Of a stretch of 64,000 nucleotides of DNA, positions 45,533 to 55,509 are shown in pieces. The notes beneath the pieces were generated by a model that ran no database searches, was not told where the DNA came from, and saw only the letters and a program-made list of their open reading frames with translations. Position 1 is the stretch's first letter, and each line of letters begins with the position of its first letter. The translations under genes and the position numbers were made by a program. This DNA comes from Clostridia bacterium (GTDB lineage: Bacteria > Bacillota > Clostridia > Peptostreptococcales > JAAYPU01), in contig JADQBM010000013.1 in the NCBI GenBank assembly GCA_016278615.1, positions 2,607 through 66,606 of the forward strand, given 5' to 3'.

Positions 45533-46918
45533 TTATTCTTTTCTTAGTAGTCTCCCTGCAAAAATATTTTTTGTTATCACGCCTTTTTCTACTACAATCT
45601 GCCCATTAACGATTACATAGGGAATCCCTTTAGGTGGTGCATCAGGTTTACCCTGACCCATATACGTCGCACAGTCTATTATATTCTTATAATCAAATAA
45701 AACAATGTCTGCATCCATTCCAACTTCTATTGCACCTTTATTTTTTATGCCAAATCTTTCTGCTGGAAGAATCGTAATTTTACGAATGGCATCCATTAAC
45801 CCAATTCTCTTTTTCTGACGAACATAATATCCTATTAGTTTAGGATATGTTCCTGAAACTTCCGGCGCTCCCATGCCTGGATAATGCGGTCCATCTGCAG
45901 CATTAGTAGAAATAAAGACATACGGCTTTTTCATAGCTGTTACTATTGCATCAGAATCACATACAAAAGCTGTCACTAAAGTTCCTGGGAAATCCCTTCG
46001 CAAACGATCAAATAATTCTGGAGTACAATATTGCCCCATATATAGTCCTGAGGAAATCAATAAATCATTAACGCCGTATTTCCCATATTCTTTTTCCCAA
46101 CCAGGATCAAAAATGCTTGTTCCAATACAAGCTGAAAAAGCATCGTAAACACCACTGTCGGCAGTAATATCTAATCCTCTGGTTCTCGCTTCTTCAATTA
46201 TCTTCAAGCCTCTTTCCATAGCCCCACCAATTCCAATGTTATAAACAAGTTGAATCATCTGTATACTTGCCCCAGATAATTCAGCTGTATGAATAACTTC
46301 ATCCATATATTCAAGACCTTCTGGTCCATCTTTTCTAATGTGGACAGATAATACCCTTTTATATTTTTGAGCAACCTTTGCTAAAGCGAGCATTTCATCA
46401 AGAGAAGTTCCCGGAACAAATTCTAATCCAAAATAAATGCCATAAGCCCCATGCTCCAAAAAACGTTCTGCTAAATTACACATAAACTTTATCTCATTTC
46501 TGGTAGCTGGCTTATATCTATCTTCTATACCTGCAGCATTTCTCAATGTAAATGAATGGGAAATAAAAAAACCTTGGTTTACAATAAAACCTTCTTCTTC
46601 AATTTTTTTTATTACTTGTCCATTTATATGCCTAAGACCTCCTAGAGTAGTCGTTCCGCCTTGTCGAACTAAACACATTGCAGAATAAGGATTACCGTCC
46701 ACATGGGAATTAAAATCAATAAAACCAGGTGAAATCATCAACTTTGATGCATCTATTGTTTTCTTTCCAATAATTTTTTGTGATGTAATTATAGCGATTT
46801 TATCTTTATTAATACCTATGTTCAGCTTATGAATAACCTCATTTTTAACATCAATCAAGTCGCCACCATTTATAGCTAAGTCAAACAATTGATCATTTTC
46901 TGCACTTTCATTTTTCAT
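45533..46918 (-). CDS. amidohydrolase superfamily protein (D-aminoacylase / N-acyl-D-amino-acid deacylase-like)
   Basis: 461 aa. The N-terminal beta-sandwich-then-TIM-barrel layout and SPGFIDFNSH sit where the family has GFID-H-x-H. Confidence 0.7.
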   Translation of the reverse strand: MKNESAENDQLFDLAINGGDLIDVKNEVIHKLNIGINKDKIAIITSQKIIGKKTIDASKLMISPGFIDFNSHVDGNPYSAMCLVRQGGTTTLGGLRHINGQVIKKIEEEGFIVNQGFFISHSFTLRNAAGIEDRYKPATRNEIKFMCNLAERFLEHGAYGIYFGLEFVPGTSLDEMLALAKVAQKYKRVLSVHIRKDGPEGLEYMDEVIHTAELSGASIQMIQLVYNIGIGGAMERGLKIIEEARTRGLDITADSGVYDAFSACIGTSIFDPGWEKEYGKYGVNDLLISSGLYMGQYCTPELFDRLRRDFPGTLVTAFVCDSDAIVTAMKKPYVFISTNAADGPHYPGMGAPEVSGTYPKLIGYYVRQKKRIGLMDAIRKITILPAERFGIKNKGAIEVGMDADIVLFDYKNIIDCATYMGQGKPDAPPKGIPYVIVNGQIVVEKGVITKNIFAGRLLRKE

Positions 46919-46933
46919 ATATCATCCCTTCTC

Positions 46934-48910
46934 CTATGATAACAAATTGTATTTATTTAAAATACGGTAGAGGGTCGTTCTACTGATCTTAAGTGTTTCC
47001 GAAGCCTTTTTGATGTTTCCATCATAGCTGTCCAATACGATTTTAATATATTTAGCAGTAGCTTTTTCCAAAGGTTCTATGCCAATTGATATTAGATTTT
47101 TTTCACTGCTTTTGTGTTCTAATATTTCTATCGGAACTGCCTCAATGCCTAACTCATCTTTATCTGACATAAGAATCATTCTTTCAATGATATTATGAAG
47201 CTGCCGTACATTTCCTGGCCAATCGTAACTCATTAGTGCTTTTATTGCACCATCATCAATTTTTACATTTCTTAAATTTAATTTTCCACTATCTAGAAAT
47301 TGATATATAAGAATCGGAATATCTTCTTTTCGCTCTCTTAGGGGTGGAAGTTTAAGATGAATAACACTTAAACGATAAAAGAGATCTTCTCTAAAGCTAC
47401 CTTTTTCAACTTCTTTACTTAAGTCAGAATTAGTTGCTGCAATAACCTGAACATCAATTGGTATTGGCTTGTATCCTCCAATACGTGTTATATATTTTTC
47501 TTGTAATACTCTTAATAATTTTGCCTGCATATCAATAGGCATATTTCCGATTTCATCTAAGAAGATTGTCCCACGATTGGCAATTTCAAATTTACCTCTT
47601 TGTCCACCTTTTCTAGATCCAGTAAATGCACCTTCCTCATAACCGAATAGTTCACTTTCAAGTAGCTCCCTTGGAATTGCACCGCAATCTACAGCTACAA
47701 AAGGGCCATTTGCCCTTAAACTGTTATTATGAATTGCTTGAGCAAACATTTCTTTTCCCGTTCCGCTTTCTCCTTCAATAATAACTCGGTAATTATGACT
47801 TGCAACTTTTTGACCTAAGCTTACAGAATCTCGGAGTATCTTTGATTTTCCAATGATATCCTTGAAAGTGAAGTAGGCCCGATTTGTCATATTAATTTGA
47901 GTTGCTAATTCTTGTATCTCTTCCATTTTAGTAAATACCAGTACTCGAATTCTTTTTTCAGTTTCATTACCCGAAAAGTACTTAACATTGAGAAAACAAT
48001 TATAGTTCTTGACTCTACCTCCAATTCTAACAACATGCCTTTTAATATCCTCTGATAGCTCCATAATCGTTGAGATTTTAGGAACCGTATTGAGAATATT
48101 AATATCCTTTCCTATGATTTCTTCTTTTTTAATTCCTAACAAATGAGCCATTTCTTGATTTGCTTGAGTAATATTACCGTCATCATTTACATAAACCACG
48201 CCATCCGTCACTGTTTCTAAAATTTCTTGTTGTTCTTCACTATTTTTTACAATCTGTGTATGAATTTCTTTTAATTGTATTTCATTTTCTATGGCTTTTG
48301 CGGCAGCTACAATCATTCCTAAAGTATGTTTATTAAGTCCATGAATACGCATGTTCATATTTAGTACAGCAATTAACTCGCCTCTGCTATCAAAAATCGG
48401 GGATGAATAGCATGCATCATTTTGCAATATCTGACAATAATGCTCAGAACCAACAACTTCAAATGGCGTTTTATGAATAAGCACTAACCCACAGCTATTA
48501 GTTCCAATAATGGATTCTTTAAAATTCTGTCCAATCTTAGACATATTGTAATTTTCTTGTATGATTTTTTTACTACTAACATAATTCAACAAAAAACCAT
48601 CTTTGTCTACAATCTGAACACTTAATCCGGGCTCATTGACAATTTCAATTAAAGTCTGCATAAATGGAAGTGCTGTATCTAGTAATGTGGTATTCTTTTC
48701 TACTCTTTTAGAAAGCTCACTATAATCCAATAATTTTGGACATTCTTTCATCATATAGTCCATACATGATGCTTTACATCGCTTCCATGATTCTAGTATT
48801 TCTGTACGAACTGCTTCTTCCGTTATTTTCTCATATTTCACATAATTGACCCAAGCATATTCATAACGTAAAATTTCTGGATTTTCAAGGTTGTAAAATG
48901 GATCGTACAT
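46934..48910 (-). CDS. sigma-54-dependent transcriptional activator (N-terminal sensory domain + PAS + AAA+ + HTH; AcoR/PrpR-like)
   Basis: 658 aa. GESGTGKE, GAFTGS, C-terminal ASETLKISRTTLYRIL. Confidence 0.9.
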   Translation of the reverse strand: MYDPFYNLENPEILRYEYAWVNYVKYEKITEEAVRTEILESWKRCKASCMDYMMKECPKLLDYSELSKRVEKNTTLLDTALPFMQTLIEIVNEPGLSVQIVDKDGFLLNYVSSKKIIQENYNMSKIGQNFKESIIGTNSCGLVLIHKTPFEVVGSEHYCQILQNDACYSSPIFDSRGELIAVLNMNMRIHGLNKHTLGMIVAAAKAIENEIQLKEIHTQIVKNSEEQQEILETVTDGVVYVNDDGNITQANQEMAHLLGIKKEEIIGKDINILNTVPKISTIMELSEDIKRHVVRIGGRVKNYNCFLNVKYFSGNETEKRIRVLVFTKMEEIQELATQINMTNRAYFTFKDIIGKSKILRDSVSLGQKVASHNYRVIIEGESGTGKEMFAQAIHNNSLRANGPFVAVDCGAIPRELLESELFGYEEGAFTGSRKGGQRGKFEIANRGTIFLDEIGNMPIDMQAKLLRVLQEKYITRIGGYKPIPIDVQVIAATNSDLSKEVEKGSFREDLFYRLSVIHLKLPPLRERKEDIPILIYQFLDSGKLNLRNVKIDDGAIKALMSYDWPGNVRQLHNIIERMILMSDKDELGIEAVPIEILEHKSSEKNLISIGIEPLEKATAKYIKIVLDSYDGNIKKASETLKISRTTLYRILNKYNLLS

Positions 48911-49012
48911 GAGAGTTCACCTCTAATCACGATATTAACACTTTGTTTTATATACAGTATATAACATCAACCTAAATTATTTTATCTTTTTTTGAGTTCT
49001 ATCAGAAAATAT

Positions 49013-49039
49013 AAAAAAGGCAGTTCAACTAGAACTACC
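49013..49039 (-). terminator. rho-independent terminator of pnp
   Basis: Minus strand GGTAGTTC-tagtt-GAACTGCC followed by TTTTTT. Confidence 0.8.
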
Positions 49040-49086
49040 TTCACATTGTTATATAAAATTCTTACCTGCTCGTTTCATTAAATTTT

Positions 49087-51324
49087 TTAAAAGAAGAATC
49101 TTTTTTTCTTTTCCTTATCATCGTTTGCTACTTCCTGTCTTTCCTGAGCTGGAACCACAATGACATCTTCGTTATTAGAATTGGAACTTTTAGGTGCATC
49201 TTCTTTTTTTTCTTGAATTTCTGGCTTTGGTTGGTCTTTCTTTTCTCTTTCAATTAAATCTTTACGAGAAAGATTAATTCTACCTTGATTGTCTATCTCA
49301 ATTAGTTTTACCATTACTTCATCGCCTACACTAAGGACATCTTCAACTTTTCCTATTTTTTCATGCGCAATCTTAGAGATATGAAGAAGACCTTCTTTAC
49401 CAGGAAGTATCTCAACAAAGGCTCCAAAATTCATGATTCTTGTTACTTTCCCTAAATAGGTTTCTCCAGGTTCAGGCACTTTAAGTATATTTTGTATTTC
49501 ATCTATTGCATTATTTGCTGATGCCATATCTTTAGCCGTTATAAATACCCTTCCATCATCTTCGATGTCAATCTTCACGCCTGTTTCATCGATAATTCGA
49601 TTGATGGTTTTTCCTCCTGGTCCAATAATGGTTCTGATCTTGTCTGGGTCAATCTTTATATTTAAAATTCGTGGGGCATAAGGGGATAATTCTGATTTTG
49701 GTTCTTTGATTAGAGCAGTCATTTTATCCATAATATGCATTCTACCCACAAGGGCTTGTTTTAGAGCCGCCTTTAATATTTCTTTACTGATTCCATTAAT
49801 TTTAATATCCATTTGAATGGCAGTAATCCCTTTAGCAGTTCCTGCAACCTTAAAGTCCATATCTCCTAAGAAATCCTCCATGCCCTGTATATCACTAAGA
49901 ATGGTTACTTTTTCTCCCTCTTTGATAAGACCCATGGCAATTCCTGCAACAGGTGCTTTTATAGGTACGCCCGCATCCATCAAGGCCAATGTGCTTCCGC
50001 ACACAGAAGCCTGTGAAGTACTTCCATTGGAGCTTAATACTTCCGATACAAGACGAAGGGTATAAGGGAATTCATTTTCACTTGGTAACACAGGAACCAA
50101 TGCCCTTTCAGCAAGTGCCCCATGGCCTATTTCACGTCTTCCAGGACCTCTCATAAATCTAGCTTCCCCAACACTATAGGGTGGGAAATTATAATGATGC
50201 ATATATCTCTTGTCATCTTCTTCACTAAGTCCATCTATTCTTTGAGCATCCCCAATAGCACCCAATGTTGCAATGGTAAGGACCTGAGTTTGACCTCTGG
50301 TAAAAAGGCCTGTTCCATGGGTTCTAGGAAGTACGCCTATCTCACACCAAATTGGACGTATTTCTTCAGGTAGTCTGTTATCTGGCCGTATACGTTCATT
50401 GGTAATCATGGCTCTGACGGATTCTTTTGTAATGGTATAAAGAACTGAATCTATATCTTTAAGATTTTCAGGATGTTTCTCTTCAAAATGCTCAATTGCT
50501 TCTTTTTTAACGCCGTCCATATTGTTTAATCGCTCTTGTTTGTCTTTTGTTAAAATAGCTTCTTTCATCTTGTCCACAACAAAATCGCGAACTTCTTGTT
50601 CCAATTCTTCTGTAACTTTACGTAGTGTTACTTCTTTCTTTTCTTTTCCTACTTCAGCAACAACTTCGTCAATAAAAGCTACAATTTCTTTAATTTGCTC
50701 ATGAGCGAACATAATCGCATCTAACATTATTTCTTCAGATAGCTCGTTTGCACCTGCTTCAACCATCATAATTGCATCTTTGGTTCCTGAAACCACTAAG
50801 TGTAACTGGCTCTTTTCTCTTTGCTCCAGAGTAGGATTGACCACAAACTCATCATCAACCAATCCTACAAGAACCGTACCCGTTGGCCCTTGAAAAGGTA
50901 TGCCAGAAATAGACAATGCAACAGAAGATCCAATCATAGCAATAATTTCAGGAGAGCTATCAGGATCTACAGACATAATAGTAGCTACCACCTGAACATC
51001 ATTGTAATAGCCTTTAGGGAACAATGGTCGAATAGGTCGGTCCATAAGGCGAGCACTCAATGTTGCTTTTTCTGTAGGACGGCCTTCTCTTTTAATAAAT
51101 CCTCCTGGAATCTTCCCAACAGAATACAATCTTTCTTCGTAATCACAACTTAAAGGAAAAAAATCAATGTTTTCTTTTGGTTCAGCAGATGCCACGGCAG
51201 TAACCATTACAACCGTATCTCCATATCTAAGCATTGCCGCACCGTCCGCAAGCTGTGCAACTTTTCCAGTTTCAATCTGCAGAGTTCTTCCTCCAATTTC
51301 TTTTGTAAAAACTTTCATATCCAT
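49087..51324 (-). CDS. pnp: polyribonucleotide nucleotidyltransferase (PNPase)
   Basis: 745 aa. Two RNase PH domains, KH and S1, and a Lys/Glu-rich tail. Confidence 0.97.
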   Translation of the reverse strand: MDMKVFTKEIGGRTLQIETGKVAQLADGAAMLRYGDTVVMVTAVASAEPKENIDFFPLSCDYEERLYSVGKIPGGFIKREGRPTEKATLSARLMDRPIRPLFPKGYYNDVQVVATIMSVDPDSSPEIIAMIGSSVALSISGIPFQGPTGTVLVGLVDDEFVVNPTLEQREKSQLHLVVSGTKDAIMMVEAGANELSEEIMLDAIMFAHEQIKEIVAFIDEVVAEVGKEKKEVTLRKVTEELEQEVRDFVVDKMKEAILTKDKQERLNNMDGVKKEAIEHFEEKHPENLKDIDSVLYTITKESVRAMITNERIRPDNRLPEEIRPIWCEIGVLPRTHGTGLFTRGQTQVLTIATLGAIGDAQRIDGLSEEDDKRYMHHYNFPPYSVGEARFMRGPGRREIGHGALAERALVPVLPSENEFPYTLRLVSEVLSSNGSTSQASVCGSTLALMDAGVPIKAPVAGIAMGLIKEGEKVTILSDIQGMEDFLGDMDFKVAGTAKGITAIQMDIKINGISKEILKAALKQALVGRMHIMDKMTALIKEPKSELSPYAPRILNIKIDPDKIRTIIGPGGKTINRIIDETGVKIDIEDDGRVFITAKDMASANNAIDEIQNILKVPEPGETYLGKVTRIMNFGAFVEILPGKEGLLHISKIAHEKIGKVEDVLSVGDEVMVKLIEIDNQGRINLSRKDLIEREKKDQPKPEIQEKKEDAPKSSNSNNEDVIVVPAQERQEVANDDKEKKKRFFF

Positions 51325-51470
51325 AAATAAAACCTCCGATTAAATGTAGGCCTAGGCTTGACAAGTTAACCTACTCTTTCGAATAAGGCTAAGTTTTCAA
51401 GCCTGACCTCAACCTACTTGTGATTATTTTATCTCATATATAAATATTCATACCTTTTTTATATATGAAT

Positions 51471-51499
51471 AAAGGCGGGAATCACTAGCCCCGCCCTTT
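51471..51499 (-). terminator. rho-independent terminator of rpsO
   Basis: Minus strand GGCGGG-gctagtgatt-CCCGCC followed by TTT. Confidence 0.7.
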
Positions 51500-51504
51500 A
51501 AACA

Positions 51505-51774
51505 CTATTTTCTTAAGCCTAAACGGCCGATAATTGTTCGATATCTTTCAATATCATTGTCTTTAAGGTAATTAAGCAAGTTTCGTCTTTGTCCAACCAT
51601 TTTCAGAAGACCTCTTCTTGAATGATGGTCTTTCTTATGGATTTTAAGATGTTCATTAAGTTCGTTGATTCTAAATGTGAGCAATGCAACCTGAACCTCA
51701 GGAGAACCAGTGTCCCCTTCATGAACTTTAAAATCACTAATGATTTCTACTTTTTTATCTTTTGACATTACCAT
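51505..51774 (-). CDS. rpsO: 30S ribosomal protein S15
   Basis: The start is trimmed to MVMSKDKK, behind AAGGAGGTG. The track ORF carries a spurious 24-aa extension. [11 protein letters not shown]...[15 protein letters not shown]. Confidence 0.95.
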   Translation of the reverse strand: MVMSKDKKVEIISDFKVHEGDTGSPEVQVALLTFRINELNEHLKIHKKDHHSRRGLLKMVGQRRNLLNYLKDNDIERYRTIIGRLGLRK

Positions 51775-51996
51775 TAAAAATTCACCTCCTTCTTTATAAT
51801 CGCCATAAGCCAAGTAATACGGCGGAGAATCGTAATACATAGCCAATGGTTTTTCTTTCTGACTTGTTATTTTACCATATATAAGTAAGTATTGTAAACA
51901 TCATTTTATCTTTTACCATTACCATAAAATTTCAAAGCGGCACTTGTAAAGGGGAAAAGCAAGCATGTCTTGATTTCTTAAAAGACAAAAACAAAG

Positions 51997-52929
51997 TCAA
52001 AATTCCTGTATATGATATTCCTTTGCAGCATTAACATCCTTAGAAATTTGGTTTTTCAAATCCTCAATACCATTAAACTTTATTTCGCAACGAATGTTCT
52101 TATAAAACTCTATCTTTAAATCTTTACCATAAATCTCATTATTAAAATCTATTATATAAGTCTCAATAAGGCGTTTGTCCCCTCCTACTGTGGGATTATA
52201 GCCAATATTTGTAATGCTCTTATAGACATTATTATTGATAGAACATTTCGTAATATATACCCCATTAGGCGGAATCACGCGATCTTCGTTAACTAAAATA
52301 TTTGCAGTAGGAAAACCCATTTTCTTTCCCAAACTTTTGCCTGAAATCACAGTTCCTTCTAAAGAATAGTTTCTTCCCAAAAACTTAGTGCACTCTTCCA
52401 TCTTACCCGTTGAAATCAGTTCTCGAATAATGGTACTGCTCACAAGAATATTTTCAATCATAACAGGTTCCAAGACAAAAAGATCGAAATCAAAAGCTGT
52501 GGACATTTCTTTCAAAAGAGCAATGTTTCCCATAGCTTTATGTCCAAATCGGTAATGAAATCCACAGTTTGCCTTTTTCATGTTTAGTTTTTCAATTAAG
52601 ATTTTAATAACAAAATCTTCAGGTTTCATTTTTTTGAACCTGCTGTCAAATTCAACAGCAATCAAGTAATCAACCCCTAAAGATTCAATTACTTCTATCT
52701 TTTCTTTCCAAGTCGCAATCTTTTTAACTGAGTTAGGTTCATTTGTAATATTTTTAGGATGATTTTGAAAAGTAAAGATAATGCTCGAAAGATCATTCTC
52801 TCTGCAGCTTTTTACAGTATTTTCAATAAGCATCTGATGCCCAATATGCACCCCATCAAAATTACCCAAAGCAACCCCTGTTTTACCGATATCTGTTATA
52901 TCATCTATTCTATGAAATACTCTCATCAA
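51997..52929 (-). CDS. ribF: bifunctional riboflavin kinase / FMN adenylyltransferase
   Basis: 310 aa. GNFDGVHIGH motif. The first codon is a TTG; the ATG at 52926 is an equally possible start. Confidence 0.95.
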   Translation of the reverse strand: MMRVFHRIDDITDIGKTGVALGNFDGVHIGHQMLIENTVKSCRENDLSSIIFTFQNHPKNITNEPNSVKKIATWKEKIEVIESLGVDYLIAVEFDSRFKKMKPEDFVIKILIEKLNMKKANCGFHYRFGHKAMGNIALLKEMSTAFDFDLFVLEPVMIENILVSSTIIRELISTGKMEECTKFLGRNYSLEGTVISGKSLGKKMGFPTANILVNEDRVIPPNGVYITKCSINNNVYKSITNIGYNPTVGGDKRLIETYIIDFNNEIYGKDLKIEFYKNIRCEIKFNGIEDLKNQISKDVNAAKEYHIQEF

Positions 52930-52946
52930 GCCACCTCAGAAAAATT

Positions 52947-53111
52947 AATGAATAATGAATAATGAATAATGAATAATTATCGAGGGTTTTAAGAATAAAA
53001 CCTTCATTAATATGATAAATATCATTTATAGTATCCTAAGTCTGATAAATAGGAATTTTTTTTTAGAAATTCCATCCTTAATTATTCATTGTTCATTCTT
53101 CATTCTTCATT
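52947..53111. repeat. hairpin element: 33-bp inverted-repeat arms made of AATGAAT heptamers, enclosing 99 bp with two inner hairpins
   Basis: Left arm 52947-52979 is aatgaataatgaataatgaataatgaataatta. Right arm 53079-53111 reverse-complements to aatgaagaatgaagaatgaacaatgaataatta. Inner hairpin GGAATTT-(8 nt)-AAATTCC. Confidence 0.9.
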
Positions 53112-53121
53112 AACATAGTTT

Positions 53122-54003
53122 TTACGTCTTAAACACTTTCTTCATCTTTATCGTTCTATCCGTTGGGTTTAAATTGCCTATTGCAATGAAATCTTCATTA
53201 TAGTAAATTCTGTATAACTCATTTTCTTCTTTCTCAATAATAAAGTCATTTTCATTTAAAAGACATCCATTATTTGCTTTTAAAAAGCTCTCTTCACTTG
53301 ATAAAACAGCTTTTCCCATAAATTCTAATGGATAATCTATTGGAAGTAAATAGTCATCTTTTGAAAGCACATCTATTTCTTCTAAAGTAATGGTGTCCTT
53401 AACAACAAAAGGGCCACTGGCGGTTCTTTCAAGGGAACTCATTACAGCGCCACAACCTAATTGAAGGCCTATATCATGACATAGTGTCCTAATATAAGTT
53501 CCTTTAGAGCATGCTACATCCATCATAACTTTGTTTTCTTGAATACTTAATAGGGTTATATCATAAATCTCTATATTTCTGGATTCTCTTTCAACCTCAA
53601 CACCTTTTCTTGCATATTCATAAAGTCTTTTTCCTTTAACTTTGACCGCTGAATAAATAGGTGGTTTCTGAAGAATGGTTCCTATAAAGCTTTCTATCAC
53701 TTTAATAATTTGTGACTCATTCACTTCTATTTTTGTTTCTTTCGTAATGTTACCCCAGATATCTTGTGTATCCGTATCCAATCCCAAAGTCATCTCACAT
53801 CGATATTTTTTATCGCCCATAAGAAGATACTCCGTAATTCGAGTCGCTTTTCCTAAACATATAGGCAATACACCAACAGCCATAGGATCAAGGGTTCCAG
53901 TATGTCCTACTTTTGTACCTTTGAATTTCCTTCTGATAGCCGCCACAGCATCGTGGGATGTAATGCCACTTGGTTTATATAAATTAATAATGCCATCAAC
54001 CAT
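53122..54003 (-). CDS. truB: tRNA pseudouridine(55) synthase
   Basis: 293 aa. GHTGTLDP catalytic Asp motif. Confidence 0.95.
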   Translation of the reverse strand: MVDGIINLYKPSGITSHDAVAAIRRKFKGTKVGHTGTLDPMAVGVLPICLGKATRITEYLLMGDKKYRCEMTLGLDTDTQDIWGNITKETKIEVNESQIIKVIESFIGTILQKPPIYSAVKVKGKRLYEYARKGVEVERESRNIEIYDITLLSIQENKVMMDVACSKGTYIRTLCHDIGLQLGCGAVMSSLERTASGPFVVKDTITLEEIDVLSKDDYLLPIDYPLEFMGKAVLSSEESFLKANNGCLLNENDFIIEKEENELYRIYYNEDFIAIGNLNPTDRTIKMKKVFKT

Positions 54004-54006
54004 AAT

Positions 54007-54987
54007 TCACTCCTGTAACTTACGAAACATTTCCTCAGTTGCCTGATATGTTAATTTTTTTGCTTGGTCTAAACTGTCATTAATAGTGCAACCAGCAGCC
54101 TTCACATGACCACCGCCACCAAACTTCATGGCTATTTTGCTTACATCTGCATATTGTTTTGCTCGAAAACCAATTTTTATCTCTTTTGTTTGAGTTTCTT
54201 TAAAGAAAATAGCAACTTCAACCCCTTGTATATTACGAAGCAATTCTATGAATCCTTCAGTTTCATTCATGGTTGCACCTGTCTTTTTCAACATGTCCTC
54301 TGTGGCATAAGCCGATGCCACTTTCCCATCACATATGATTTCTAAGGTTTCAAGAACCTCCGCCTCAAGTCGAATTTTTTCCAATCGTGTGTTCTGATAT
54401 AATTCAACGGACACCTCATTTAAATCTACGCCCATATCTATTAATTCTGCAGCGACCAAATGAGACTTTGTAGATGTATTGGTGTACTTAAAGCTTCCTG
54501 TATCTGTTGAAATAGCAGAATAAATAGCTTCCGCTATAAAAGGATCAAATTGAATATTTAATCCCTTTAATAAATCAAATATAATTTCACCTGTTGCGGA
54601 AGCTTTATCATCAATATAATTAAGATCTGCAAAACAAGTATTGGTTGGATGGTGATCGATGTTTACCGTCCTCTTTCCAGTGAGAAAGAAATCCTTTCTC
54701 TCTCCCAGCCTTCCTAAGTCACTACAGTCAACAGCAATACACAAATCTGGTTGGTCCTGTTGGAATTCTTCCCAATCTTCATAGTCTTGAGTCAAGAATT
54801 TAAGATAATCGGGAATGTCCTTTTCATCTATTACTTGTGCTTTCTTGCCAATTTTTGTAAATGCTCTTTTCAATGCCGATGCACACCCAATGGTGTCGCC
54901 ATCAGGAATCACATGAGGAAAAATCATAATAGAATTGGACTCTAAAATAGACTTTACTATTTGTTGAAAAACAGTCTTATTCATCAT
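54007..54987 (-). CDS. nrnA: DHH/DHHA1 phosphoesterase (oligoribonuclease / pAp phosphatase NrnA-like)
   Basis: 326 aa. HVIPDGDTIG, DHH (NIDHHPTN), GGGH. Confidence 0.9.
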   Translation of the reverse strand: MMNKTVFQQIVKSILESNSIMIFPHVIPDGDTIGCASALKRAFTKIGKKAQVIDEKDIPDYLKFLTQDYEDWEEFQQDQPDLCIAVDCSDLGRLGERKDFFLTGKRTVNIDHHPTNTCFADLNYIDDKASATGEIIFDLLKGLNIQFDPFIAEAIYSAISTDTGSFKYTNTSTKSHLVAAELIDMGVDLNEVSVELYQNTRLEKIRLEAEVLETLEIICDGKVASAYATEDMLKKTGATMNETEGFIELLRNIQGVEVAIFFKETQTKEIKIGFRAKQYADVSKIAMKFGGGGHVKAAGCTINDSLDQAKKLTYQATEEMFRKLQE

Positions 54988-55348
54988 TATTCCTCTTGCT
55001 ATCTTCCCCTATTTCCTTGATAATCTTAGAAATATGTATCCCATACTCAATAGAATTATCAATTTTAAAAATAAATTCCGGAGTATGTCTCATTTTAACT
55101 TGTTTTCCGGTTTCTTTTCTAATAAACCCTGCAGCACTTCTTAATGCCACTAAAGTATTCTCTTTTTCTTCATTAGAACCGTAAATACTCAAGTACACCG
55201 TTGCATAACTCAGGTCATCCGTTACCTCTACCCCTGTAATACTGGTCATAGATGCGATTCTAGGATCTTTCAACTCATTAATTATCATCATACTGACTAC
55301 TTTTTTAATTTCTTCCGCAATGCGATTCGACCTAAATTTTTTTCCCAT
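54977..55348 (-). CDS. rbfA: ribosome-binding factor A
   Basis: Start trimmed to MGKKFRSNRIAEEIKK, behind GGGAGTGG. Confidence 0.9.
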   Translation of the reverse strand: MGKKFRSNRIAEEIKKVVSMMIINELKDPRIASMTSITGVEVTDDLSYATVYLSIYGSNEEKENTLVALRSAAGFIRKETGKQVKMRHTPEFIFKIDNSIEYGIHISKIIKEIGEDSKRNNDE

Positions 55349-55375
55349 TCTTACCACTCCCATTCGTTCATAGCA

Positions 55376-55504
55376 AATGAAAAATGAATAATGAATTCCA
55401 TTTTTCGGGCAATCATAAATCGCCCCTACGCTTCTCTAAACTTTTATAAGGACAACCGCAAGGGTCGTCCCTACACATCTCTAATCTCTGATCTCTAATC
55501 TCTA
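55376..55504. repeat. mosaic intergenic element: AATGAAW heptamers, GCAA-loop GC hairpin ending CCCTAC, and an ATCTCTR heptamer run
   Basis: 55376-55397 aaatgaaaaatgaataatgaatt. 55450-55470 ggacaaccgcaagggtcgtcc. 55477-55504 atctctaatctctgatctctaatctcta. Confidence 0.85.
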
Positions 55505-55509
55505 TTATA

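Noticed and set aside
51775-51846. Long N-terminal extensions of rpsO (51775-51846), infB (57622-57657), rbfA (55349-55363), dctQ (18395-18427), the YtcJ-like gene (24621-24653) and the OppB-like gene (29570-29611)
   Set aside because: In each case an internal start reproduces the canonical family N-terminus and is preceded by a strong GGAGG-type RBS that lies inside the supposed extension.
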